Positions 37,004 to 46,900 of a stretch of DNA of 64,000 nucleotides are shown in pieces. Positions within the stretch are counted from its first letter, which is position 1. Each line of letters opens with the position of its first letter. Both the position numbers and the translations under genes were made by a program. Origin of the DNA: a virus; the IMG/VR virus record IMGVR_UViG_3300050821_006637, positions 1 to 64,000 of that record. One strand, 5' to 3'. The notes under the pieces were generated by a model. The model saw only the letters and a list, made by a program, of their open reading frames with translations. It did no database searches and had not been told where the DNA came from.

Positions 37004-40000
37004 ATGTCTCCCAAACCTCTTCCTCGCTTACCTAGTGTCCGTCCCTCTCCATATCGAACCAAATCCCTCTCTAAAGCCTGGGGACATTCCAGCGAATATT
37101 CCCCCGACCTCTATTCTGCGATGGATTTTGATGGTGATGTGAAACGAGGCTTGATACCAGTAAAGAACATCGCCCAACCGAATGACTTCTGGTGTCATCC
37201 CTGCTGTGTGGCGATGATTTGTCACTACTGGGGAGTAGGACCGAAAAACGTCGCCTCTATCGCCAAAGCCCTCGGCACGACAAGGAAGTATTCCACAGAC
37301 CCCAGAAAAGAAGTTCAATTCTACAAATCTCTCGGATTACAAGTAGAAGATAAGCATGAGATGACTTTGGAGCATCTCATGCACTATTGGAAGATTGGAT
37401 GGCCTTGTCAAATACTTTTACAAGAATATGGAGACCCGACAGAGGAGGAGAAACATCCCGACGCCAAGAAACACGGAGCTACGAGTAAGGATGACGAGGC
37501 TGCCTATGACTACGGACACTCTGTCGTCTATGTGGGAGGACCAGCTCTTGGTCTCATCTTTTGCCAAGATCCCAGCCTCGAAAATATTATGAGTAACGAA
37601 GGGGGTGACGAGGCGAAGGGGTTGATGCCCATTCCTGTTTTGAAGTTCCTCAAGGTATGGCACGACAGAGACCAGTGGGGTCATCAATATGTGCGATATG
37701 GAATCGCCGTCGGTCCTCCTCGTTGTGTTTCAACTAAAGGACTCAAGTCTCAAGTCGTTGCCGTCCCTGGTCGCTCTAACCAGCAGATAGCCAAGACACC
37801 ATTGAGCGGAGGAAATCTTTTTGGGCAGACTCCTGAGACGGAGGAAATGCGTCCTGTCTGGTACGGAACTGGAGAGGGGAGGAATCCAAAGAACCCAGAA
37901 TTGACGGAAGACCACCCAAAGCACAGATTGAAGAGTTTAGAGAAGAGTGATGGACATAAGCCTACTCTTGCTGTTGACTTAGATGGAACCCTCGCCGAGT
38001 ATGATGGATGGAAGGGAGAGGAGCACTTTGGAAAACCTCGTCAAGGTGCCAAAGATGCGATGCAAGCCTTCAAGCAAAGAGGCTACGAAATCATCATCTT
38101 TACGACACGAGGCAACACAGAATTAGTCCGTCAATGGTTGAATGAGAATGGAATAGTCTTTGATTACATAAATGAGAATCCCCACCAGCCAGAAGGTTCC
38201 AACGACGGAAAGCCGATTGCCGACCTTTATATAGATGACAGAGCAGTGGATGCCAGAGGCGAGTGGAGTAAGATAGTCTCCGAAGTTGAAAGAAGGCTAC
38301 GAAGTAAGCCAGAGGAAAAGAAATCAAAGTTCTCCTCCACGCAGTTCAACCTCGCAGAAGCAGGCTATCCCCGCTCCCAAGGTTCTCCCCTTGAAAAGAT
38401 AAAAGAACTCCAAGATAGAATCTCGGATGACGATTTGGCGGATGATGGTAAAGAGAAGGAGCACCACGTCACCTGTCTCTATGGTATTCATTCTGAGAAC
38501 CCAGAAGAAGTGAAGAAGGTGGTAGAGCACTGGGTGAGGCATCATTCAAGGACTATCTATGCCAAGTTAGGTGAAGTCTCCATCTTTGCAGGTGGTGAGG
38601 ATAAAGATTACGATGTGATTAAGATTGACGTGGAGAGTGAGGATTTGCACTCTTTGAATAAGATACTCAAAGAAAGTTTAGAGCACACGGACACCCATCC
38701 TACTTATCATCCACACTTGACGCTTGCCTATGTGAAGAAGGGGATGGGAGAGCAGTACGCTCAAGGTTTGAATGGGATGTGGAGTCCTGGGCACGAACTC
38801 CTCTTCCACAAACTCCATTTCTCAGATAAGGATAGAAAGCACACGATAATTGACCTTTGGGACTTGGCGAAGAATGAAGTCCCTTCCAAGTGTCTCCTCT
38901 GCGGCAGTCATAAAATCAAGGCTTTCCAAGATGGTGAGCCAGGATGGAGATGCACAGAAGCTCCTTGTGAGTGGTCGTTGACTCAAGCGGGAGCACCGAA
39001 TGACCATATGGAGGCTCCTGGCGGGATGACTGTCATCCAAAACCAGGAACCTTGGGAACGGAGCGGAGGAGAGAATCAACACTGGGAGAGGGACGGACAA
39101 CTCTTTTACTTCGGTCCCTCATTCCAAAATCCTTCGTATCCAAACTATCCTAGAAAGAAGGATTTGGATGAAGCCGAGGGTACACAGCAGCCGAAAACAG
39201 AGGAACCGAAGCAAGTAGAACAGCCAGAACAGGCAAGACAACCAGAGCAACAACCATCTGTTCCAGTTGAAAGGTCAAATCAATCTATAGAACCACTACA
39301 ACAGGATAAAGTAGAATCTGCCCCAGTGCAACAGGATGACTCGGAAGAAATTCATCATACCATTGGAAAATGGATAGATGACAGATATGCGGATAAATTT
39401 GCTGAATATGCGTCGGCTGTTCCACAGGTTCGTAACTGGTTGAAATGGGTTGGACAGCAACCAGCTTCTGGAGAAAGCGGTATTAATGAGGCTGTTTGGG
39501 TAGAGGATGCAGATGTAGTTTCCAATATGGTGATGGCATCCCAACAGAATCCAGCCATCCTTAATGAAATCCGTCCTGGCTTTGGGCATATGAAGATAAG
39601 AGAGGAAAAACAGAAACAGCAGCAGGCAACCCTTCCACTTCTCGTCCCAATAAAAGACCCTAAGAACTTCGGACAGATTTTGAATAGAGGACAAACGGCT
39701 GGAGGATTGGCGATTCCTCTAAACATTAGTATGGAGAAGCGTTCCTATCCTCCAGAGATTGGGCAGTTCGTTGTTTTTAGAAACCCAGAAGGAGAAACCA
39801 TTCAACTTGGCAGGATAAAAGATGTCCAGCCAAGAGAGAACAAGTGGGATATTAAGATAGAGCCGCAGTATAGACAAGAGTTTGAAAAGGATGAACTGGA
39901 GGCTTATGAAAATGGGCTCAATGCAGGGTACTCCCCAACTGACGAACTACCATTCCCAAAGGAACCTAAACTTGCTCAACTCTTTTATGCAGGGGTGTAT

Positions 40001-43000
40001 GACCGACGGAACTATCGTATTCCGGGTTCTGCCCTCGGTACACCTGCTTGGGGAGGTGACGTAAGAGAGTTTTGGGATGGATGGTATGCTTTGGAATCAC
40101 ATCGTTCCATTTTTTCCTATCTAAAACATTATAGACCAGATATCCTAGATGAAAGTGACCCTAGTTCTGCTAATACATTGGCAACCCAATTAAATCCAAT
40201 AGTAGAAGAATCATGGTTTCAGGAATTAAGAAAGAATCCTTATGCTGGGAAATTAGATTACGAACGGATAGTAGAAGGAGTCATCAACACTAGATTCCCA
40301 AAAGCCTCTAAATCCCTCCATATCAAATCTCAACAGACTTGTCCCGACGGCACTCCTCGCGACAGAAACACGAATAGTTGTGACGGACATAATGTTCCTA
40401 TCGTCACAGAAATGGGAATAGAGCAGGGAGACCATCACATTGGTGGGGAGATCCCCTCAAGTGGCAAAGGTTATATTCAGCCAGGATTAGATGCCTCTGC
40501 GGGCATTCCCAATGATTATCCACAAGAATGGGTCTTCTACCTCCAAGCCTATAACCGATGGCGAGTGAAGCCTGATATATTAGGTGAGAGAAGATTGCGG
40601 ATGGGGTATGAGAGGAGAAAGTCTCCGCAGGATATGGCATTACAGAATGATGAGGAGTGGAGATTAAAGGAGCAGAATAATACCTTTGAAAGCCAGATGG
40701 AATTAGTTAAGAACCCGATGGGGAATGCTTTAGAGCAGGTGATGGAAAAGAGAATCACTTGTCCCAATGGCACTCCTCGTCCTTATGGCAGTGACACCTG
40801 TTCTGGCAGACAAGCAGATTCATGGGATGGAGTAGTAGATAAGAATAACAAGCCTGGATGGGCAGAATATCCAGACTATGCTCCTGTCTCTGGTGTTGAT
40901 ACACGGAAGCCAAAGGACAGAGAAGAACCTGTCGTTGGACGAAGAAGATTCTTTAATAAAAAGGATATGGAGGAAGGACAATCTGCACAGCCAGCAGAAC
41001 CGAAGGTAGAAGAACCCAGCACTCCTCATGGATGGGGAACTGCGGGGGATGAGCCTGTTGCTCCTATTCCACACGAGATACCGGAAGATGAGAATCCTCC
41101 TTCTCCAGCACAAGGGATGAGGAGGATGTATAGAGGAACTAGAGGGGGTGAACTGCCACACGAACACGCCTACTTCTCAGACGAAAGAGGGCTTCCAGGC
41201 GTCGCTCGTGCCTTCGCTAAAGTTCCTGGCAGACGATTAGTCTATGTGGATGTGCCAGAAGAGATAGCACAGCAAGGATTACAGACAGGAGCAGTGACAG
41301 AGGGAGAATATAAATTACCAGAGGAGTACAGACGCCAAGTTCGGTATATGAAGTTCTTTAGTACGAAACGTGCGCCATATCCGAATCAACATCTCTGCCC
41401 CGATGGAACTCCTATGCCTCCAGGCACTGGGACGTGTGCTGGAAGAGAAGGTTGGGTTCCGTGGACAGAAGAGCAGAGGCAGCAGTTCACTTTGCAGGAG
41501 CCACCGAAAGGACCGAAGCCTTATCAACAAGCACCGATGAGGGGGAAGTACCCAAACAATCCTTCTGTTCGTCTGTCTCCCTACTCTACGAAACATTTGG
41601 ATGAGCAGGGTGGAGAAGTTCCACCCAGAGGACAGATGAAGGAAGCGGAGAAGTATGACTTCGTCACCCTGCCTAAAGATGTTTCTGGGACGAACTGCGG
41701 AAATTGTCTATTCGTCAAGGAGAAAGGGGAGGGACACATCTGTGGTCATCCCAAGCTCTATGGCTTGCCAGTGAATGAGAACAACTGCTGTGCGTTATGG
41801 GATGCGAAGAGTACGATGCGAGCGTGGGAAAAGAAACTCTGTCCCAACGGCACTCCTCTTCCTCGTGGCATTGGCACTTGTGCAGGACGTGGATTGCCAA
41901 TGCACTTTCACGATAACGAAAATTATAATTCCGTTGCAGCAGGACCAGACCACGTAGAAAGTCCCGAAGTGCTTGAGGGACAGGATTGGAAGTCTTTAGA
42001 GAAAGCGATGTCCTGGCTCGCCTCCGGGAGCGGAGGTGATTTAGTAGATGAACCAGAATGGAAAGGTCCTCGTCCCAAGAAAGTCAAGTCCTCTCCTTAT
42101 TCAAAGATGCTTTACAGAACCAAGGCAGAACCTCCGTATACGGGTGTATTCAAAGATTCATTGGGACGGAATACCTGTTATCAAAACGGAGTCAAAGTTT
42201 CCTGCGTCCAAATGGGCATAGAGGAAGACCCAGAGCCAGAACAAAGTAATTCCCTCTTGGCAGGCACTCAACACGCGGGAGGGGCAGCGAGTAATGAATC
42301 CCCGACGATGTATGGAGGGGCCGGAGGTTCCGTCACTCAAGTAAGATACGCTTTGATATTTGATAGTAAGGGTAGGCTGTTGGTGAATGAGGAGGATATG
42401 GAGTTGGGAGGATTCGTTTGGCAGATTCCAGGCACCACGGAACAGGAGGTAGAGAAGGGGATAAAAGAGCAGACGGATTTGAAAGTGAACTTATTTGGAA
42501 AGTTGGGAGATGCTGGTAGTGGACAAGGGTATTATCTATTTGAAGTGAAGGAACAGAAGAGACAGGGACGAAAGGCACTTGAGCCAATAGAGCCTGCGGA
42601 ACCAGAGGAGCCCAAAGAGACGGAGACAGAATCGCCGAAAGAACAAAAGACAGAGGAGCCATCTTCTTTCTCTCCACCTGTGCAGAATGAACCAGTAGAA
42701 AGGGACTGGGGTGATGATTTTCCAGAAGAGGGGTCATATGGTCTAAGGATGCCCGAGCCTAAACCTTCTCAACTAGAAGTTCAACAAGAGATAGATGCAG
42801 AGCCATCTTGGGGCGAATCCCCACGGACGGAGGAATTACAGTTAATCTATCAACACGCTGAGCAGTATAAAACACAAAGAGCACAAACAAGTAATTATGA
42901 TATTGAATTACCAAGTGACGAGGAAATAGCTACAGGACAGTACGAGTCATTTGGAACTGGAAGTCTCCATCAACTAGAAATCGGTAAGCTAATCATTAAT

Positions 43001-43708
43001 GGGGCGTCTTATTTTACGAAAGGATTGCCAAAAGACAAGACTGTTAATGAGATAATGGCTAATAGATTAGGTCACATTGCTGGGGTTCCTGTCCCGTCTG
43101 TCCGGCAAGTTAATTTGATGCATCTGCCTCGAGAATCTGAAGCACCCGATATAGCTATTCTAACGCCGTGGCTAGAGGGACAGACAGTAGAAGAGATAAT
43201 GACTGGGGTTTCTACTCTAACAGAAGAAATGGGCAGTGATAGAAGTTATGGAATGGATTTCCTAGAACAAATCGTCCAACCAGGAGATGTAGACTTACAG
43301 ATACTCTTTTCCTTTTTAGCAGGATTACAAGATAGGCATTTGGGAAATTATATGGTTTCTGGAGGTAGATTAATCTCCATTGACCATGAATGGATGAGAC
43401 GGGATGACACTCAAGAAAAGTTCCATAGCATTGGAGAAGATGACTTGTTATTCCTTTTATCCCAACAGATGTATGGTTCACCTCCTTATAGGGTAGATGA
43501 CATTCCTTTGAGTCAAGATATTGCTAAGATACTAGCTTCTAAAAAGGAGGAATATATTGCAGCGTGGAAAGAGGTAGACCCAACAGAATTAGGATTAGAT
43601 TCTTTCTTAAAACGACTAGAGGTACTTGAGAGATTTAGCGAATCTGAGGATAATACCTATAAGACCCTATCCTCAATCTCTAGACAGATATTCGGAATAC
43701 CAAAATGA
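37004..43708 (+). CDS. 2234-aa polyvalent effector protein: C39 peptidase, HAD phosphatase, 2H phosphoesterase (Acb1-like), ART-like, HiPIP-like, degenerate Nudix-like, C-terminal HipA/PI3-4-kinase-like
   Basis: QPNDFWC...GHSVV...QDP; VDLDGTL...FTTR...KP.ADLYIDDRA; HVTCLYG and HPHLTLAY; MYRG..YFS..EGEY; CGNC..C..CALW; NEIMANRL...DRHLGN...IDHE. Confidence 0.85.
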   Translation: MSPKPLPRLPSVRPSPYRTKSLSKAWGHSSEYSPDLYSAMDFDGDVKRGLIPVKNIAQPNDFWCHPCCVAMICHYWGVGPKNVASIAKALGTTRKYSTDPRKEVQFYKSLGLQVEDKHEMTLEHLMHYWKIGWPCQILLQEYGDPTEEEKHPDAKKHGATSKDDEAAYDYGHSVVYVGGPALGLIFCQDPSLENIMSNEGGDEAKGLMPIPVLKFLKVWHDRDQWGHQYVRYGIAVGPPRCVSTKGLKSQVVAVPGRSNQQIAKTPLSGGNLFGQTPETEEMRPVWYGTGEGRNPKNPELTEDHPKHRLKSLEKSDGHKPTLAVDLDGTLAEYDGWKGEEHFGKPRQGAKDAMQAFKQRGYEIIIFTTRGNTELVRQWLNENGIVFDYINENPHQPEGSNDGKPIADLYIDDRAVDARGEWSKIVSEVERRLRSKPEEKKSKFSSTQFNLAEAGYPRSQGSPLEKIKELQDRISDDDLADDGKEKEHHVTCLYGIHSENPEEVKKVVEHWVRHHSRTIYAKLGEVSIFAGGEDKDYDVIKIDVESEDLHSLNKILKESLEHTDTHPTYHPHLTLAYVKKGMGEQYAQGLNGMWSPGHELLFHKLHFSDKDRKHTIIDLWDLAKNEVPSKCLLCGSHKIKAFQDGEPGWRCTEAPCEWSLTQAGAPNDHMEAPGGMTVIQNQEPWERSGGENQHWERDGQLFYFGPSFQNPSYPNYPRKKDLDEAEGTQQPKTEEPKQVEQPEQARQPEQQPSVPVERSNQSIEPLQQDKVESAPVQQDDSEEIHHTIGKWIDDRYADKFAEYASAVPQVRNWLKWVGQQPASGESGINEAVWVEDADVVSNMVMASQQNPAILNEIRPGFGHMKIREEKQKQQQATLPLLVPIKDPKNFGQILNRGQTAGGLAIPLNISMEKRSYPPEIGQFVVFRNPEGETIQLGRIKDVQPRENKWDIKIEPQYRQEFEKDELEAYENGLNAGYSPTDELPFPKEPKLAQLFYAGVYDRRNYRIPGSALGTPAWGGDVREFWDGWYALESHRSIFSYLKHYRPDILDESDPSSANTLATQLNPIVEESWFQELRKNPYAGKLDYERIVEGVINTRFPKASKSLHIKSQQTCPDGTPRDRNTNSCDGHNVPIVTEMGIEQGDHHIGGEIPSSGKGYIQPGLDASAGIPNDYPQEWVFYLQAYNRWRVKPDILGERRLRMGYERRKSPQDMALQNDEEWRLKEQNNTFESQMELVKNPMGNALEQVMEKRITCPNGTPRPYGSDTCSGRQADSWDGVVDKNNKPGWAEYPDYAPVSGVDTRKPKDREEPVVGRRRFFNKKDMEEGQSAQPAEPKVEEPSTPHGWGTAGDEPVAPIPHEIPEDENPPSPAQGMRRMYRGTRGGELPHEHAYFSDERGLPGVARAFAKVPGRRLVYVDVPEEIAQQGLQTGAVTEGEYKLPEEYRRQVRYMKFFSTKRAPYPNQHLCPDGTPMPPGTGTCAGREGWVPWTEEQRQQFTLQEPPKGPKPYQQAPMRGKYPNNPSVRLSPYSTKHLDEQGGEVPPRGQMKEAEKYDFVTLPKDVSGTNCGNCLFVKEKGEGHICGHPKLYGLPVNENNCCALWDAKSTMRAWEKKLCPNGTPLPRGIGTCAGRGLPMHFHDNENYNSVAAGPDHVESPEVLEGQDWKSLEKAMSWLASGSGGDLVDEPEWKGPRPKKVKSSPYSKMLYRTKAEPPYTGVFKDSLGRNTCYQNGVKVSCVQMGIEEDPEPEQSNSLLAGTQHAGGAASNESPTMYGGAGGSVTQVRYALIFDSKGRLLVNEEDMELGGFVWQIPGTTEQEVEKGIKEQTDLKVNLFGKLGDAGSGQGYYLFEVKEQKRQGRKALEPIEPAEPEEPKETETESPKEQKTEEPSSFSPPVQNEPVERDWGDDFPEEGSYGLRMPEPKPSQLEVQQEIDAEPSWGESPRTEELQLIYQHAEQYKTQRAQTSNYDIELPSDEEIATGQYESFGTGSLHQLEIGKLIINGASYFTKGLPKDKTVNEIMANRLGHIAGVPVPSVRQVNLMHLPRESEAPDIAILTPWLEGQTVEEIMTGVSTLTEEMGSDRSYGMDFLEQIVQPGDVDLQILFSFLAGLQDRHLGNYMVSGGRLISIDHEWMRRDDTQEKFHSIGEDDLLFLLSQQMYGSPPYRVDDIPLSQDIAKILASKKEEYIAAWKEVDPTELGLDSFLKRLEVLERFSESEDNTYKTLSSISRQIFGIPK

Positions 43709-43905
43709 AGATAGAAGTTCACTTTCGAGACCAAATTATCGGCACAGGCACCAGCCGAGGGAATGAAGTCTTTTGGGAAGGTGAAGGCTCCAACCGAATA
43801 AAAATGATTGCCGCCCATTATGAACGACAAGGGTTCAAAGGAGACGTTCTACTCCAAAAGATGTTAGAAAGACTCCAAGGAATGTGGTGGGCTCAAGAAA
43901 TATGA
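43705..43905 (+). CDS. Small protein coupled to the kinase domain; putative immunity protein
   Basis: ATGA overlap with the upstream stop; resembles 47458..47712. Confidence 0.6.
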   Translation: MKIEVHFRDQIIGTGTSRGNEVFWEGEGSNRIKMIAAHYERQGFKGDVLLQKMLERLQGMWWAQEI

Positions 43906-46900
43906 ACTTCCTCTCCCTCAAAGAAATTGAATTTCGTCTAAAAGAAACCGACAATCCCGAATGGATTGAACGGGCTACTCCCCTTTTGAAAGAAGCCTTC
44001 CGCCAATGGCGTCATCTTCACTCAAAATCTGCGAGTCGCTCTCCACAAGGGAAGGAAATGGCTTCTGTCCATCCTTCTCCTTACTCAAAGATGCTTTATT
44101 CTAAGAAAGCCCGTCCAAAAGTCACTTTTACTGGCAGACAGACGGATGCACAAGGACGGCAGACTTGCTTTAGAGGTGGAAAACACGCTCCATGCGAGGA
44201 ATTTGGCGGACAGAATCAAGGATGGACGGGAGTAGAGCAAGAGCACTTACAGAAGGAGGGAGAAAAGGACTTAGAAACGACGGAAATAGAGCAGAAGAAG
44301 CCAAAACTACCTGAAAAAGTGGGCGAAAATCCGCAGATACAGCAACCAGAACAGCCAGAAGCAGAAGAAAGGGCGAAAATACAGCCAAATCCGTCAAAAG
44401 TAGAAGGATTTACGGAGGAACAGCCAGAACAGGTGAAAACCACAGAGGAGCCGAAGAAACCGCTTCCAAGTTCTCCGTCTACGAAACCTATTTCCAAATT
44501 TAAGATATCTTCGGAAAACGCCAAGTTAAATCCTTATTTTGATGATGGGTATTGGGAGGAGATTAAGGAGTCCATACGGGGTTTAATTTCGAGTGGAAGT
44601 GAATCTTCTATACAAACTCAAGATATAACACAGGACCAAACGGCTGGTATCCTCGCTTCATTTGTTGGGGCTCCTCCTAATTCTACTATACAAGTGTTCG
44701 ATGTTAGCCAGAAGAGTGGGGGACGTTACACTACCCTTGATGTGACGAATCCTATGTTTAAGAATTGTGTAAGAACTCTACTCGTCCGTTCAAATGGCAC
44801 TAAGGAGATAAGGAATGAAGAATTAGTCCTAAAGCCGCAATACAGAAACAATGGCGAGGGGTCTAACATCTTTTATGCTCAAGTGCAAAATGCGGCTGCT
44901 TATGGGTTCTCGGAAATATCTACTTCAGCGGGTAGTGGACGAGATATGAACGGGGTTACTACATGGCCACTGCTGGGTTATGATGCTTCTATCCAAGAAC
45001 TTTTTGATGGGTTAAGAAATCCTGAATCCTATGACTATTTTAAAAGAATTTTCCCAAACGCATACAGCATAAGTGAAATTATTGAGTCGCCCGAGGTGCC
45101 TTTATCTAAAGACCAGTTGCGTCAGGTTAATTATTCACTGGCTTCCTTGGCACAATGGCGGGGTTTGCCTTACACTAAGAAAAATGTTGTGAATGGAAGG
45201 GATTGGTGGAAGGCTTTTATACAGCAAAGTCGTCATCTTACTATTTCTGTTGATATGACATTTAACCTACATGAAGGCTCTACCTCCCGTAGGATTTTAG
45301 AAGCCTATATGAAACAACGTCAAAGGAGAACCAAGGCAATGGATATGCCGAAAGAAGATTATGAGGACATTAACTTAGCCCCGTGGGAGGAAGAAGCCTT
45401 AGAACGTGCGTGGGATAGTTTGGATAAGCAAACTTACGGACAGAAAGGTCTTCCTCCACTCCCCGACCAGACAGAAACTACTCTTAAATCTCCTCCCAAG
45501 GTTCCTCAATCTCGCTTCCATTCCTTCTTCCACGAACATAAAGCACTCGGAGAACGGAAAGCACCTCCTGCTCCAGGCAAGTATCCCAGTGACCTCAATG
45601 TCTCTAAGGTCACTTCCAATCCCTTACCCAATGCCCATCCGCCAGGAGAGCAACCACCCCCAGTTCCAGAGAATTCCGTCCAACACGGAGCACCAGATAC
45701 GGCTGCTCTCCAACAGATAGAACGATTGGTTGGAGAAAGGGGACAGGGGACTGGATTAGCACACGAAATCCGTGCCCATCAAGTGGATGCGTCTATCCTC
45801 CAGCAATTCCAAGCACACGGAGTTGCCTCACTCACGGACTTATCTAGCTTTCTAAGACAGCAAGGAGAAGCGGATTCTGCGAACTTAACAGAATTCCACG
45901 ATGATGAGTCTCCTTTCGTGGTTTTGAGTCAACCTCAACAGCAGATAAGTGGACAGAATGCGCCTTCCGTGGTAGTGGGGAAGCCATATGATAGAGTTAT
46001 CCATCTTTTAGAGGAGGCATTCCCTGGAGTTCACTTCTTGCCAGTGGAAGAGGCGGCGAATCAGTTGAAAGAGGCGGCTCAGAGCAATCCGTTGCCAGCA
46101 GCGAAAAGTTTTGGACAGAAGTCTAACTCTGTTGTTGACAACACGAACACGAAGTTGCCGCGGATGCCGAGTCACCAGACACAGAGTACGAGCAAGCCGG
46201 GAGGTGCCCAGCAACAGCCCCAGCAAGCCCCTACACAAGCCCCACAAGCTGTTCAACCAGTGCAACAGGCTATACCAGCACCTTTGGCACAGACGCAGTC
46301 TACAACACATTTCCAGCCCCAAATACAGCAACCTGTTGAACAATCTGCTCAACCACTAAACCAAGCGTCAGTTGAGCCAATTCAACAAATCGAAGCTCCA
46401 CTCACTGGGACACAAGATTCCGGTGCTCTAAATCTTTCTCCAGAAGGACCGAATGCTTATTATGACTATGCGTCTGCTTCACTCTACGGAGAAAAGATGG
46501 CAGAGCAGGCGCAGAAACTTTATGAACAACAAGGACTGCCTTATGAAGAAGCTGCCTCTCTAGCAAAGGATGCTTATAATCAAGCAGTGGACGAATGGAA
46601 TCAAGCACGATGGAACGAAAAGGGAATGAATGAAGCCCCCCTCCCAGAAGGAGAAACCCTAACTTCTCTTACTACAGAAATAGGACGTTTTCTTAGTACG
46701 GCACCAGAAGTGAAGAAAGAAAAACTTGGGAAAGGCGAGAATGGTGCTTGGAACGTAGAAGTAGAAGGTGGTTATCGTGGTGTGCAGAAATTAGGGAGAG
46801 ATGAAGCTTTTGATGCCGAAAGAACCACTGGGATTAAAAGTGGAACTATGTATCGCAGAGAAATTGCAACGAGTTCCGTAGCTAAAGCCATCCTTGGAGA

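Noticed and set aside
42340-42550. Active Nudix hydrolase
   Set aside because: The N-terminal strands fit (ALIFDSKGRLLV...WQIPG) but the Nudix box is degenerate.
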